Below are positions 7,434 through 14,639 of a DNA stretch of 22,682 nucleotides, piece by piece. Location: contig JADMJV010000021.1 of NCBI GenBank assembly GCA_018780265.1, positions 64,001 through 86,682 on the forward strand, read 5' to 3'. Position 1 is the first letter of the stretch; each line of letters begins with the position of its first letter. Source of the DNA: a bacterium. Lineage in GTDB: Bacteria; Vulcanimicrobiota; Xenobia; Xenobiales; JADMJV01. The translations under genes and the position numbers were made by a program. Under the pieces are notes generated by a model. That model was not told the origin of the DNA. It did not search any database and worked only from the letters and a program-made list of their open reading frames with translations.

Positions 7434-7997
7434 ATGAGATTGAATTGTCTTCTTTCCTTGCTGCTATTGACTTCGACCGGTTGGGCTCACCCTCTGGCCG
7501 ACCAGGCCAAGGCCATCGAAGAGCAATCGCTGGTATTGAGACAACGCATGGGTCCCGACAATCCCAACCTGACCTGGGGTCAAAAGATGGCTCTGGACGA
7601 CATTACCCGGTTGGCCAGTGCCGCTTCGGCAGCCCGCCAGGCCCTCACTCCCGAGGACGTGGATTGGGATTCATGCCGGGCCACCTTGGTTGAGATGCAG
7701 GTGGCCGGAAATCGCGTCCGCATGAGTTTGCCGGTTTCGGTGCTCGACAGCGAAGGCCAGACCCTGGGACAGCAAATGGTGCTGCAAGTTCAGGAGATTG
7801 ACAAAGAGGCGCGTGCTGAGAGAGACCAACACTTTGACCGCCAGGTCGCATCCGCACGGCCCAGCATCTCTTTTGGCCTGGGCTTTGGCAACTACTGGGG
7901 CTCGCCGTGGCGTAGTTACGGCTACGGCTTTGGGGGGGGATGTTACCCCGGCTACTTTGGCGGTTACCGAGGCGGCTACGGCCGCCCCTGCCGCTAA
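7434..7997 (+). CDS. Secreted hypothetical protein with a C-terminal Gly/Tyr-rich low-complexity tail.
   Basis: Internal ATG at 7434 gives the signal peptide MRLNCLLSLLLLTSTGWA|HP. The tail is SFGLGFGNYWGSPWRSYGYGFGGGCYPGYFGGYRGGYGRPCR. A TATACT hexamer sits 6 nt upstream of the ATG. Confidence 0.55.
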   Translation: MRLNCLLSLLLLTSTGWAHPLADQAKAIEEQSLVLRQRMGPDNPNLTWGQKMALDDITRLASAASAARQALTPEDVDWDSCRATLVEMQVAGNRVRMSLPVSVLDSEGQTLGQQMVLQVQEIDKEARAERDQHFDRQVASARPSISFGLGFGNYWGSPWRSYGYGFGGGCYPGYFGGYRGGYGRPCR

Positions 7998-8512
7998 TTC
8001 TGCTCGACCAGGATGTCCAAAACCAACTCGCCCAATCTGGCGATTTGGCCGGCCTCGACTTCCAGGTGATCAGACCAGATCTCTTTGTCCCCGATACCGG
8101 CTACCCGCACCAGGTAGGTACGGTCGGACCCCGGCAGGCGCAGTTCAAAGGAGCCGTCTTCGCGGGTAAAAGTCCAGTAACGCTCTTTCTCAAATCGAGC
8201 TTCGACAGCCAGACCCGGGGCGGGACTTGAGCCGCTGGCGGTGGCAATACTGCCTTTGAAACCGGTATCGGAGTCAAGAGGCTGCTCCCAGCCAAACTCA
8301 AGGTCGGCGTGGTCGCCCAGGGCCTTGGTCAACATCAAGTGTCCGTCAGGCGACAACCCGGCCTGCGAAAGCAACTCCAGCGCCGTTTCCTGAATGTAAT
8401 AGTCAACGTCGCTCTCGGTCTCTTCTTCAAGAATCTCTTGGATGACCGTAAAGTCTGCGCGACTGATTTCACCCAGAACAGTACCGGTCGTTCGATCGGA
8501 AAGTATCAGCAT
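7994..8512 (-). CDS. Acidic hypothetical protein (172 aa). The C-terminal half is a beta-sandwich-like region (LVRVAGIGDKEIW...).
   Basis: Complete ORF with ATG start. It is the last gene of the minus-strand operon, 29 nt after the ACT-protein stop. Its stop codon overlaps the stop of the convergent 7434..7997 gene (CTAA). Confidence 0.5.
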   Translation of the reverse strand: MLILSDRTTGTVLGEISRADFTVIQEILEEETESDVDYYIQETALELLSQAGLSPDGHLMLTKALGDHADLEFGWEQPLDSDTGFKGSIATASGSSPAPGLAVEARFEKERYWTFTREDGSFELRLPGSDRTYLVRVAGIGDKEIWSDHLEVEAGQIARLGELVLDILVEQN

Positions 8513-8541
8513 TGGGCTATCTTATCCTCCGAAACGTCAAT

Positions 8542-9072
8542 TCAAACCGAAACCGGCTCGACCTCTACATCTACGTTCAAATCGTCACCCACTTGCTGGA
8601 GACGGCGACGCAAGGCAGAAAGCGACAGCGAGGCAGGAGCGCTGATGCGCATTTGCATTTCAAAAAGCGGCACACCGCTGTAGGGGGCATTGACCAGCTG
8701 GGACTCCAGGTTGTCCACCGATACGCCCTGCTCCACCAGATGATGAACCAGGTCGTGGACGATCCCTTCGTGATCGGCCCCACGCACGGCCACTTGCAGA
8801 GGCAGCATGCCGGCGTGACTGCGCCTCAGAGAGGTGGACTTGTGGGTCATAAGCAGATCTAATTGGCTGGCCACGCTCTCTATTTCTCCCGTCAATCCCG
8901 GCACCTGAGCCTCATCCACCGAACACAGGAACATCATGGCGAACTCGCCGCCAAGCACGGCCATCCTCGAATCTTCCAGGTTGGCCTGGAATTTGGCGAG
9001 TGATTCGGTCACCCGGTCGACCAGACCGGTGCGGTCGGGACCCAAAAGAGAAAATACCAGATACTGCTTCAT
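8542..9072 (-). CDS. Tandem ACT-domain regulatory protein (GcvR / glycine-cleavage-repressor-like).
   Basis: Internal ATG gives MKQYLVFSLLGPDRTGLVDRVTESLAKFQANL (ACT beta-alpha-beta opening). A second ACT-like repeat is LPLQVAVRGADHEGIVHDLVHHLVEQGVSV. Length is 176 aa. Confidence 0.7.
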   Translation of the reverse strand: MKQYLVFSLLGPDRTGLVDRVTESLAKFQANLEDSRMAVLGGEFAMMFLCSVDEAQVPGLTGEIESVASQLDLLMTHKSTSLRRSHAGMLPLQVAVRGADHEGIVHDLVHHLVEQGVSVDNLESQLVNAPYSGVPLFEMQMRISAPASLSLSALRRRLQQVGDDLNVDVEVEPVSV

Positions 9073-9114
9073 GCCTGGCGCTTCTCTGTCGACCCTCGTG
9101 TTCCTACGCAATCT

Positions 9115-10023
9115 TTATGTGTGACTGAGACCCGACTCCAGGGTGCGAAAGTATTCCACCGTCGCCAGTTCGCGCAAGCAATAGGCCTGGTGCGAGGTCA
9201 GCGCAACCTCCGGGTTGGCGTCGGCGGGCAGTTGACTGCGCAGATAGCGCTCCCAGAAGCCGCCCAGATTGCACATTCGGGCTACCGCCAGGCGCGGGGG
9301 ATGCAGTCCGGTCGAAAATCGCGAGCGCAGGCGAGAGTGCTTTTCCACATAGATTCTGGCCGAGCGGGCCTTGGCCCGGGCCTGAGCTAAAGCTCCGGTA
9401 ATATTGGCCCGAGTAGGCGGCCTTTTGATGTGAAAGCCGATGGCCTTATAGTTGTTGTGCTTTTTAAGTCCAATGGCCATCAAGCGCAGGCCTAGCTCCT
9501 GATCCTCCCAGCCATACTCTTTAAAGTCCTCATCAAACAGGCCGGCTTCCTTGAGGTGCTGCAACTTGACCGAGACGTTGCTGGTCCAGAAGAAGGACGT
9601 AGAGATGTCAGCTGCGGTAAATTTCGGCGCCACCGGTCGCACAGGTTCGGAGATGTGATTGACCCAGCCGTTGCATACGCAGCGGTCAAACTGGTCGTGA
9701 ATGACCAGGTGCTCCTCAAGCAGACGAGGGTCGGCCAGCACGTCATCGTCGATATACAGCATCACCCGCCCACGAGCGGCACGAATCCCCGTATTGCGGG
9801 CGGCCGCCAGGGCCGAGTGGGGCTGCCACAAGTAAGTCAGGGGGTAGGGCAGCTCAGACCGAACCTCGCGCACCATATCGGCGGTGCCATCCTCGGAGCC
9901 ATCGTCCACCAGCACCACTTCAAAACGCTCGTGGCCAATCGTCTGGTCACACAGCGACAGCAGCACCGTTTTCAGAGTGGCCTGTCGGTTGCGGCTGCAA
10001 AGGCCCACCGTGATGTCGATCAT
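9115..10023 (-). CDS. Family-2 (GT-A fold) glycosyltransferase.
   Basis: MIDITVGLCSRNRQATLKTVLLSL...VVLVDDGSEDGT...RNTGIRAARG...YIDDD (DxD). Its start overlaps the stop of the upstream GT2 gene as ATGA (10020-10023). Confidence 0.8.
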   Translation of the reverse strand: MIDITVGLCSRNRQATLKTVLLSLCDQTIGHERFEVVLVDDGSEDGTADMVREVRSELPYPLTYLWQPHSALAAARNTGIRAARGRVMLYIDDDVLADPRLLEEHLVIHDQFDRCVCNGWVNHISEPVRPVAPKFTAADISTSFFWTSNVSVKLQHLKEAGLFDEDFKEYGWEDQELGLRLMAIGLKKHNNYKAIGFHIKRPPTRANITGALAQARAKARSARIYVEKHSRLRSRFSTGLHPPRLAVARMCNLGGFWERYLRSQLPADANPEVALTSHQAYCLRELATVEYFRTLESGLSHT

Positions 10024-10853
10024 GAGGAGAGTTCCTTCCAGCCCGCCTGCAGATAGGCCCGCTCCACTTCCAGCCAGCGGCGCACCAGGGCCGGCGCGGG
10101 CAGGCGAGAAAGGAGCGAATTCTTCCAGCGATTGGCAAAATGCAGGCCCGATCGCAACCACATGCGCAACGAAGGATAGCGGCGATATAGTTGGGCCGCG
10201 GCCTGCCCGTCCAGGGCGGCTACCCGCAGACGCTGCTGGTGATCGAGAGGCGGCTTCCAGTGATAGACATAAGTGTGCACGTCAAAAACTCGGGCTACTT
10301 TGAGCCGTTTCAGTCGAACGCCCAGTTCGGCGTCTTCCCAGCGGGCAAAGGATGGGTCGAAGAGACCGGATGTCATCAACAGCCGGCGTTCCAGGGAAGC
10401 ATTGCTGGTACACAGGTAGTTTTTGGAGAAATGCTTCCAGGGTTGACCCAGCGGCGGTAGGGGAGGGTAGAGCGGCTTGGGCACATTGACCACCGGGCCG
10501 CGCACCAGGCAGCCGGGATTGGCCGCCAAAAGGTGAGCGTGGCGCTGCAAAAAATCGGGCGGGATCAAGACGTCGTCGTCCATAAACAGAATGTGCCGAC
10601 CCCGGGCGGCTTCGATAGCCCGGTTACGAGCTCGACTGGTGCCTCCGTGGTCTTGTTGCAGGGCTCGTAGCGGCAACTGACTCTCAAATTCCCGCAAGAC
10701 TTCGGCGGTGTTGTCCTGGCTGCCATCGTCGACCACCAGGATTTCAAAATCGTCGAAGGGGTAATTTTGCAAAGTCAGATGCTGCAGCGTGAGACGCAAG
10801 GCCTGACTGCGATTGCGCGTGGGGATAACGAGGCTCAGGTTCACGGGCGCCAT
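10020..10853 (-). CDS. Family-2 (GT-A fold) glycosyltransferase.
   Basis: LSLVIPTRNRSQALRLTLQHL...ILVVDDGSQDNTAEVL...RNRAIEAARG...FMDDD. The ATG immediately follows the TAA of the upstream PPTase gene (TAAATG). Confidence 0.8.
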   Translation of the reverse strand: MAPVNLSLVIPTRNRSQALRLTLQHLTLQNYPFDDFEILVVDDGSQDNTAEVLREFESQLPLRALQQDHGGTSRARNRAIEAARGRHILFMDDDVLIPPDFLQRHAHLLAANPGCLVRGPVVNVPKPLYPPLPPLGQPWKHFSKNYLCTSNASLERRLLMTSGLFDPSFARWEDAELGVRLKRLKVARVFDVHTYVYHWKPPLDHQQRLRVAALDGQAAAQLYRRYPSLRMWLRSGLHFANRWKNSLLSRLPAPALVRRWLEVERAYLQAGWKELSS

Positions 10854-11552
10854 TTACGGACAGGCACGCCAGTGTCCTTCCGGTCCAAACAAATAGGCCC
10901 GAACCGGCTTCTGGGTAGGGCACACCAGGGCCACACTTACCTCGGGGAAGGGACAGTGGGGACGCGACAGATGCCAGGGTAGTGGCCTGCCTTGCAGGTC
11001 AAACAGTCCCCACCGATCGTCAAAATAGGTGAGGAACTGGTCCAGTGGATGGGTCAGGCCGTCACCCAGGGCTTTGATGTGGGCCTCCTTGGCTGTCCAC
11101 ACCTCGAAAAAGAAATGACGAGGGTTTTCGGACTTCTCTAACTGGAGGGCCTCCGCCGAGGCGAAAAACCTCTGTCCCAGCTTGAGAAACTCGACGCGCC
11201 GTCGCCGGTCTTCCAGGTCCAGTCCCAACTCGCCGTGGGCCGCAATGACCACCCCTGCATAGCCTTCAGAATGGCTTAAATTAAAGGTGCAACTGCCGTC
11301 TCCCAGATAGGGTTTTCCATGAGCAGCCTTGTCCCAGTGAAGATCCTCAGGAGGTCGATCCAGCCACTGGCTGACCAGACGCCGTAACAGGGCGCAGGCC
11401 ACCTGTTGACGGCGTCGGTGGTGGGGAAAAACCAGGCGCGCACAACGCTGCCGGTCGCTGTCGCTGAGCCAGGGGTCCAACTCGTCCTCGGTCCAGCCCG
11501 GATCGTCCAGTTCAAACCAGACCAGGCTGGTCTGCGAGTCAGCCTTCAACAA
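10854..11552 (-). CDS. Sfp/HetI-type 4'-phosphopantetheinyl transferase.
   Basis: FNLSHSEGYAGVV (motif 2) and WTAKEAHIKALG, the W/F-x-x-K-E-A-x-x-K PPTase motif 3. Length ~230 aa. Confidence 0.8.
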   Translation of the reverse strand: MLKADSQTSLVWFELDDPGWTEDELDPWLSDSDRQRCARLVFPHHRRRQQVACALLRRLVSQWLDRPPEDLHWDKAAHGKPYLGDGSCTFNLSHSEGYAGVVIAAHGELGLDLEDRRRRVEFLKLGQRFFASAEALQLEKSENPRHFFFEVWTAKEAHIKALGDGLTHPLDQFLTYFDDRWGLFDLQGRPLPWHLSRPHCPFPEVSVALVCPTQKPVRAYLFGPEGHWRACP

Positions 11553-12408
11553 CCAGTTGCAACGCCGTCTTGCCTACGTAGAGCAGGTCGAATGGACGGA
11601 TCTTAACCACCGAGGTGAGGGGCATTTCGGCGATCCACTCGGTGCCGTCGGTGCGCCTTTCCAGGGTGATGGCGGCGGCCACCGGGCGGGTGAACATGAC
11701 CTCGAAGGCTTTCTCCAGTTCACGCCATTTCCAGGCCATGCAGCGGTAGGGCAGAGCGTCCTCTTCGATCGTCAGGTCCTGATCCCACCAACTGGGGGTA
11801 TCGGGAAGAGGCTCGACACGGGTGCCGCCCAACTGAATCTGGAAACCTGTCATGGGCAGCCGCAGCCCCTGTTGGGCACCACCGAGTATCTCTATAAACA
11901 TGCTGGGCCGCGTCGACAGGGCAATTTTCCGTGAGGCCGACTTGGTATCGCCGCGAGACTCTCCCTCGCGTATGGGATTCCGATAGGCCAGGTCGTGGTT
12001 TACAACCGTGGTGCCGGTTCGGCGCGCTTCGTGAATCTGGCCGATGCGTTCGGGCGCCACACCCCCAAAGCGGAAATCAGCCTGCTGAATATCCAGCAGG
12101 CTGCTGCCTACCTTCACATGGTCTCCTATTTTCAACAGGGCTTCTTTGATGGGGAGACCGTTCACCTCGGTAGGATTGGTGTCTGATCGATGGGCCAGGC
12201 GATAGGCTTTGAGTTCGTCGTCCCAGGTCATGTCGGCGTGAATTCGGGAGATTTGGGGGTCGTTGAGGAGCACCCAGCCCGGCGCCCGATCTCCAGGGGT
12301 GCGGGCCCGCCCAATGGTCACTTCGGCGCTGTCCAGGGGGAACGTTCGACCCTTGTCGGGGCCTTGAGAAACCCGAACCTGCAGACCACAACTGAACATT
12401 AAAGCCAA
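11539..12408 (-). CDS. FHA-domain protein with an uncharacterised C-terminal domain.
   Basis: VTIGRARTPGDRAPGWVLLNDPQISRIHADMTWDDELKAYRLAHRSDTNPTEVNG is a canonical FHA (GR...SR.HA...NGT.VNG). TTG start at 12408 lies 5 nt after GGGAGGA. ATG at 12399 is the alternative. Confidence 0.8.
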   Translation of the reverse strand: MALMFSCGLQVRVSQGPDKGRTFPLDSAEVTIGRARTPGDRAPGWVLLNDPQISRIHADMTWDDELKAYRLAHRSDTNPTEVNGLPIKEALLKIGDHVKVGSSLLDIQQADFRFGGVAPERIGQIHEARRTGTTVVNHDLAYRNPIREGESRGDTKSASRKIALSTRPSMFIEILGGAQQGLRLPMTGFQIQLGGTRVEPLPDTPSWWDQDLTIEEDALPYRCMAWKWRELEKAFEVMFTRPVAAAITLERRTDGTEWIAEMPLTSVVKIRPFDLLYVGKTALQLVVEG

Positions 12409-12569
12409 AACAATCCTCCCTACGACGAACTCCCCGAAGGTTGGGGATTAGCCAAGGTTTTTGCCGAGACCTGCCGTCCCGGCCCAACCTTTTTGGGGAG
12501 TTTCTTTTCGTGGCCGCCAGTCGGGTGGATTCAAGGAAATGGCGGGCCTGTCTAAGAACATTTGCGGCC
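12409..12569. promoter_or_regulatory. Divergent intergenic region between the two FHA genes. It presumably carries both promoters. Contains a GGGAGGA Shine-Dalgarno for the minus-strand gene.
   Basis: 161-bp non-coding gap between opposed starts. GGGAGGA lies 5 nt upstream of the TTG at 12408 (minus strand). Confidence 0.3.
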
Positions 12570-13373
12570 ATGAGTGATGGGACCCGGGAATACAACTATC
12601 AAGATGTGGCCGACCGGTCCGCGCGCTATCCGGTGGTGGGAGCCCTCAATTTGCTGCTGGGCGAGAAGCCTGGCCGGCTGGTTCTGCTCGATGCGCAAAA
12701 TATCAAGATCGGTCGCGATGAAAGCTGCGACCTTCGCTTTGAAATCGATGGATTGAGTCGCAGCCACGCCTTGATCGAACGTCAGGCAGGGGGCGAGTAT
12801 GTGATTACCGACCTGCATTCCACCAACGGACTCTTCGTCAATGGCTACCAGGCCCATCAGCAGGCGTTGCACGACGGTGACCGCATCGCGCTGGGGCCCA
12901 ACCTGGTTTTCTGTTTCCGCGTTTTCCAGTTGGACGAAGCCATGGCCCTGGAAGGTCTGAGCGCAAGTAGTTCGCGTGACGTTGCCACCGGAGCCATCAC
13001 GGCCCCTTTCTTTGAGGAGATGTTGCAGTTCGAATTGGAGTTGGGTCAACGCCGCAATTTCGACGTGGCCCTCATCCATGTGCAGTGGGGCGCCTTTCAA
13101 CAGGGGCATGAAGAACGCCGGGTCCTGGATCTGTACGGCTATCTCGAATCGGTGAAGAAGCCCGGCTCCCTAACCGCACGACTGGGGGCACGCACCTTTG
13201 CCCAATCCATGAGCTACCTCTCCCGCTCTGAGGTAGACCGCCATACCGAGCAACTCTCCCGCCATCTGACCGAAAAGTTCAAGGACGCAACTTTTTTTGT
13301 GGGCTCTGCCTGCAGCCGCGAACTGGCCACTCCTAGCGCCACTAAACTGATTCAAAAAGCGTCTCAGCGCTGA
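12570..13373 (+). CDS. FHA domain fused to a degenerate (probably catalytically inactive) GGDEF-like domain.
   Basis: FHA: IKIGRDESCDLRFEIDGLSRSHALIERQAGGEYVITDLHSTNGLFVNG. GGDEF-like: DVATGAITAPFFEEMLQFELELGQRRNFDVALIHVQWGAF...LTARLGARTFAQ, where GARTF replaces GGDEF. Start chosen at the internal ATG 12570; the track's 12441 is a TTG. Confidence 0.75.
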   Translation: MSDGTREYNYQDVADRSARYPVVGALNLLLGEKPGRLVLLDAQNIKIGRDESCDLRFEIDGLSRSHALIERQAGGEYVITDLHSTNGLFVNGYQAHQQALHDGDRIALGPNLVFCFRVFQLDEAMALEGLSASSSRDVATGAITAPFFEEMLQFELELGQRRNFDVALIHVQWGAFQQGHEERRVLDLYGYLESVKKPGSLTARLGARTFAQSMSYLSRSEVDRHTEQLSRHLTEKFKDATFFVGSACSRELATPSATKLIQKASQR

Positions 13374-13374
13374 G

Positions 13375-14637
13375 ATGTGGCCCTTTGCCGAGCTCAAGGC
13401 GCTGGCCGGACAGGCCGGCAAGGTCGAGTTTCAGGCCGGAGAGATGCTTTTTCGTCAAGGCGATGCCGGCGACAAAGTCTTTCTTATCCGCCGCGGATTG
13501 GTAGAGATTTTTGCCGAAAATTCGGGCCGTCGCCGTCGCCTCAATTTGCGCGGCCGAGGCGAAGTTATCGGTGAGATGGCCCTGCTCGACGGCTTGGGAC
13601 GCTCGGCCAGCGCCGTTGCTCGAACTCAATTACAGGCCCGAACCCTGAGTCGTGACGTTTTTGAGCAACTTCTAACTCACAGACCTGCCCTGGTGCGCAG
13701 CCTGACCAGCCACCTCAGTCACCGCATGCGCGAATTGCAGGGCACTCTGAGCAGCGAACTGGACAAACGCGATCAGGAAGGCAAAGCCACCGGATTGTTC
13801 TCGATCGGTCCCTTTCTACTGGCCGAAAAATTGGGGGAGGGGGGGATGGGGGTGATTTACAGCGCCAGTCATCAGCGCACCGGGCACCCCTACGCCGTCA
13901 AAGTGCTGTCTGTCTCCAGCGAAGAGCAGAGAGCCCGATTTACTCGCGAGTGTGAATTTATGGCCCGCATGGTTCACCCCAACATCGTGCGCATCGATTC
14001 GGCCGGGACCGAAGGCTACTACGGTTACATGGCCATGGAGTTGCTGCGCGGTGAAACCTTGGAGCAGCGGCTCAAGCGTGGGCCCTTGAGCGAAGTCGAG
14101 GTGAGTCGCTGGTTTGTACCGGCCATGGAGGCTTTGGGCTACGCCCACGATATGGGGGTCATGCACCGCGACGTCAAGCCGGCCAATCTCTTTCTGACCC
14201 TGGATGGCACGCTCAAAATGCTCGATTTTGGGATCGCACGCCGCATCAACGGTCCCGAACTCACGGTGGCCGGCCGTTTTTTTGGCACCCCTCAATACCT
14301 TGCCCCGGAGCGCATCGGTGGTCAATCCAAAGCTCAAGAACGACAGTCTGACCAGTATTCCCTGGGCATTTCCATGTATGAGGCAGCGACCGGTCGCTGC
14401 CCCTTTGATTTCGACGATGTGGCCGAAGTGCTGGCCGCCCACCTGCATCGCTGTCCCACCCTGCCCAGTACTATCGCGGCCGTAGACCATGAGGTGGAGT
14501 TGGTCATCATGCGCCTGCTGGCCAAAGAGCCGTCCCGCCGCTATCCCAGCTTTGCAGCCGCCGCCCAGGCCCTGGCAGCGGCCACTTCGGGCAGCGTAAA
14601 ATCTATGACCACCGACTTTGGCACTCGCCGGGACTGA
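13375..14637 (+). CDS. Cyclic-nucleotide-binding domain fused to a Hanks-type Ser/Thr protein kinase.
   Basis: N-terminal cNMP-binding fold: FQAGEMLFRQGDAGDKVFLIRRGLVEIF...GRGEVIGEMALL...RSASAVA. Kinase: GEGGMGVIYSA (G-loop), AVKVL (Lys), HRDVKPANLFL, DFGIAR, GTPQYLAPE. The ATG is 1 nt after the upstream TGA. Confidence 0.9.
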   Translation: MWPFAELKALAGQAGKVEFQAGEMLFRQGDAGDKVFLIRRGLVEIFAENSGRRRRLNLRGRGEVIGEMALLDGLGRSASAVARTQLQARTLSRDVFEQLLTHRPALVRSLTSHLSHRMRELQGTLSSELDKRDQEGKATGLFSIGPFLLAEKLGEGGMGVIYSASHQRTGHPYAVKVLSVSSEEQRARFTRECEFMARMVHPNIVRIDSAGTEGYYGYMAMELLRGETLEQRLKRGPLSEVEVSRWFVPAMEALGYAHDMGVMHRDVKPANLFLTLDGTLKMLDFGIARRINGPELTVAGRFFGTPQYLAPERIGGQSKAQERQSDQYSLGISMYEAATGRCPFDFDDVAEVLAAHLHRCPTLPSTIAAVDHEVELVIMRLLAKEPSRRYPSFAAAAQALAAATSGSVKSMTTDFGTRRD

Positions 14638-14639
14638 CT

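Noticed and set aside
12431-12500. Short inverted repeats (tcccc-gaaggtt-gggga; cccaa-ccttt-ttggg) in the divergent FHA intergenic region.
   Set aside because: The stems are only 5 bp, which is expected by chance at this GC content. They are not convincing as operator or terminator.
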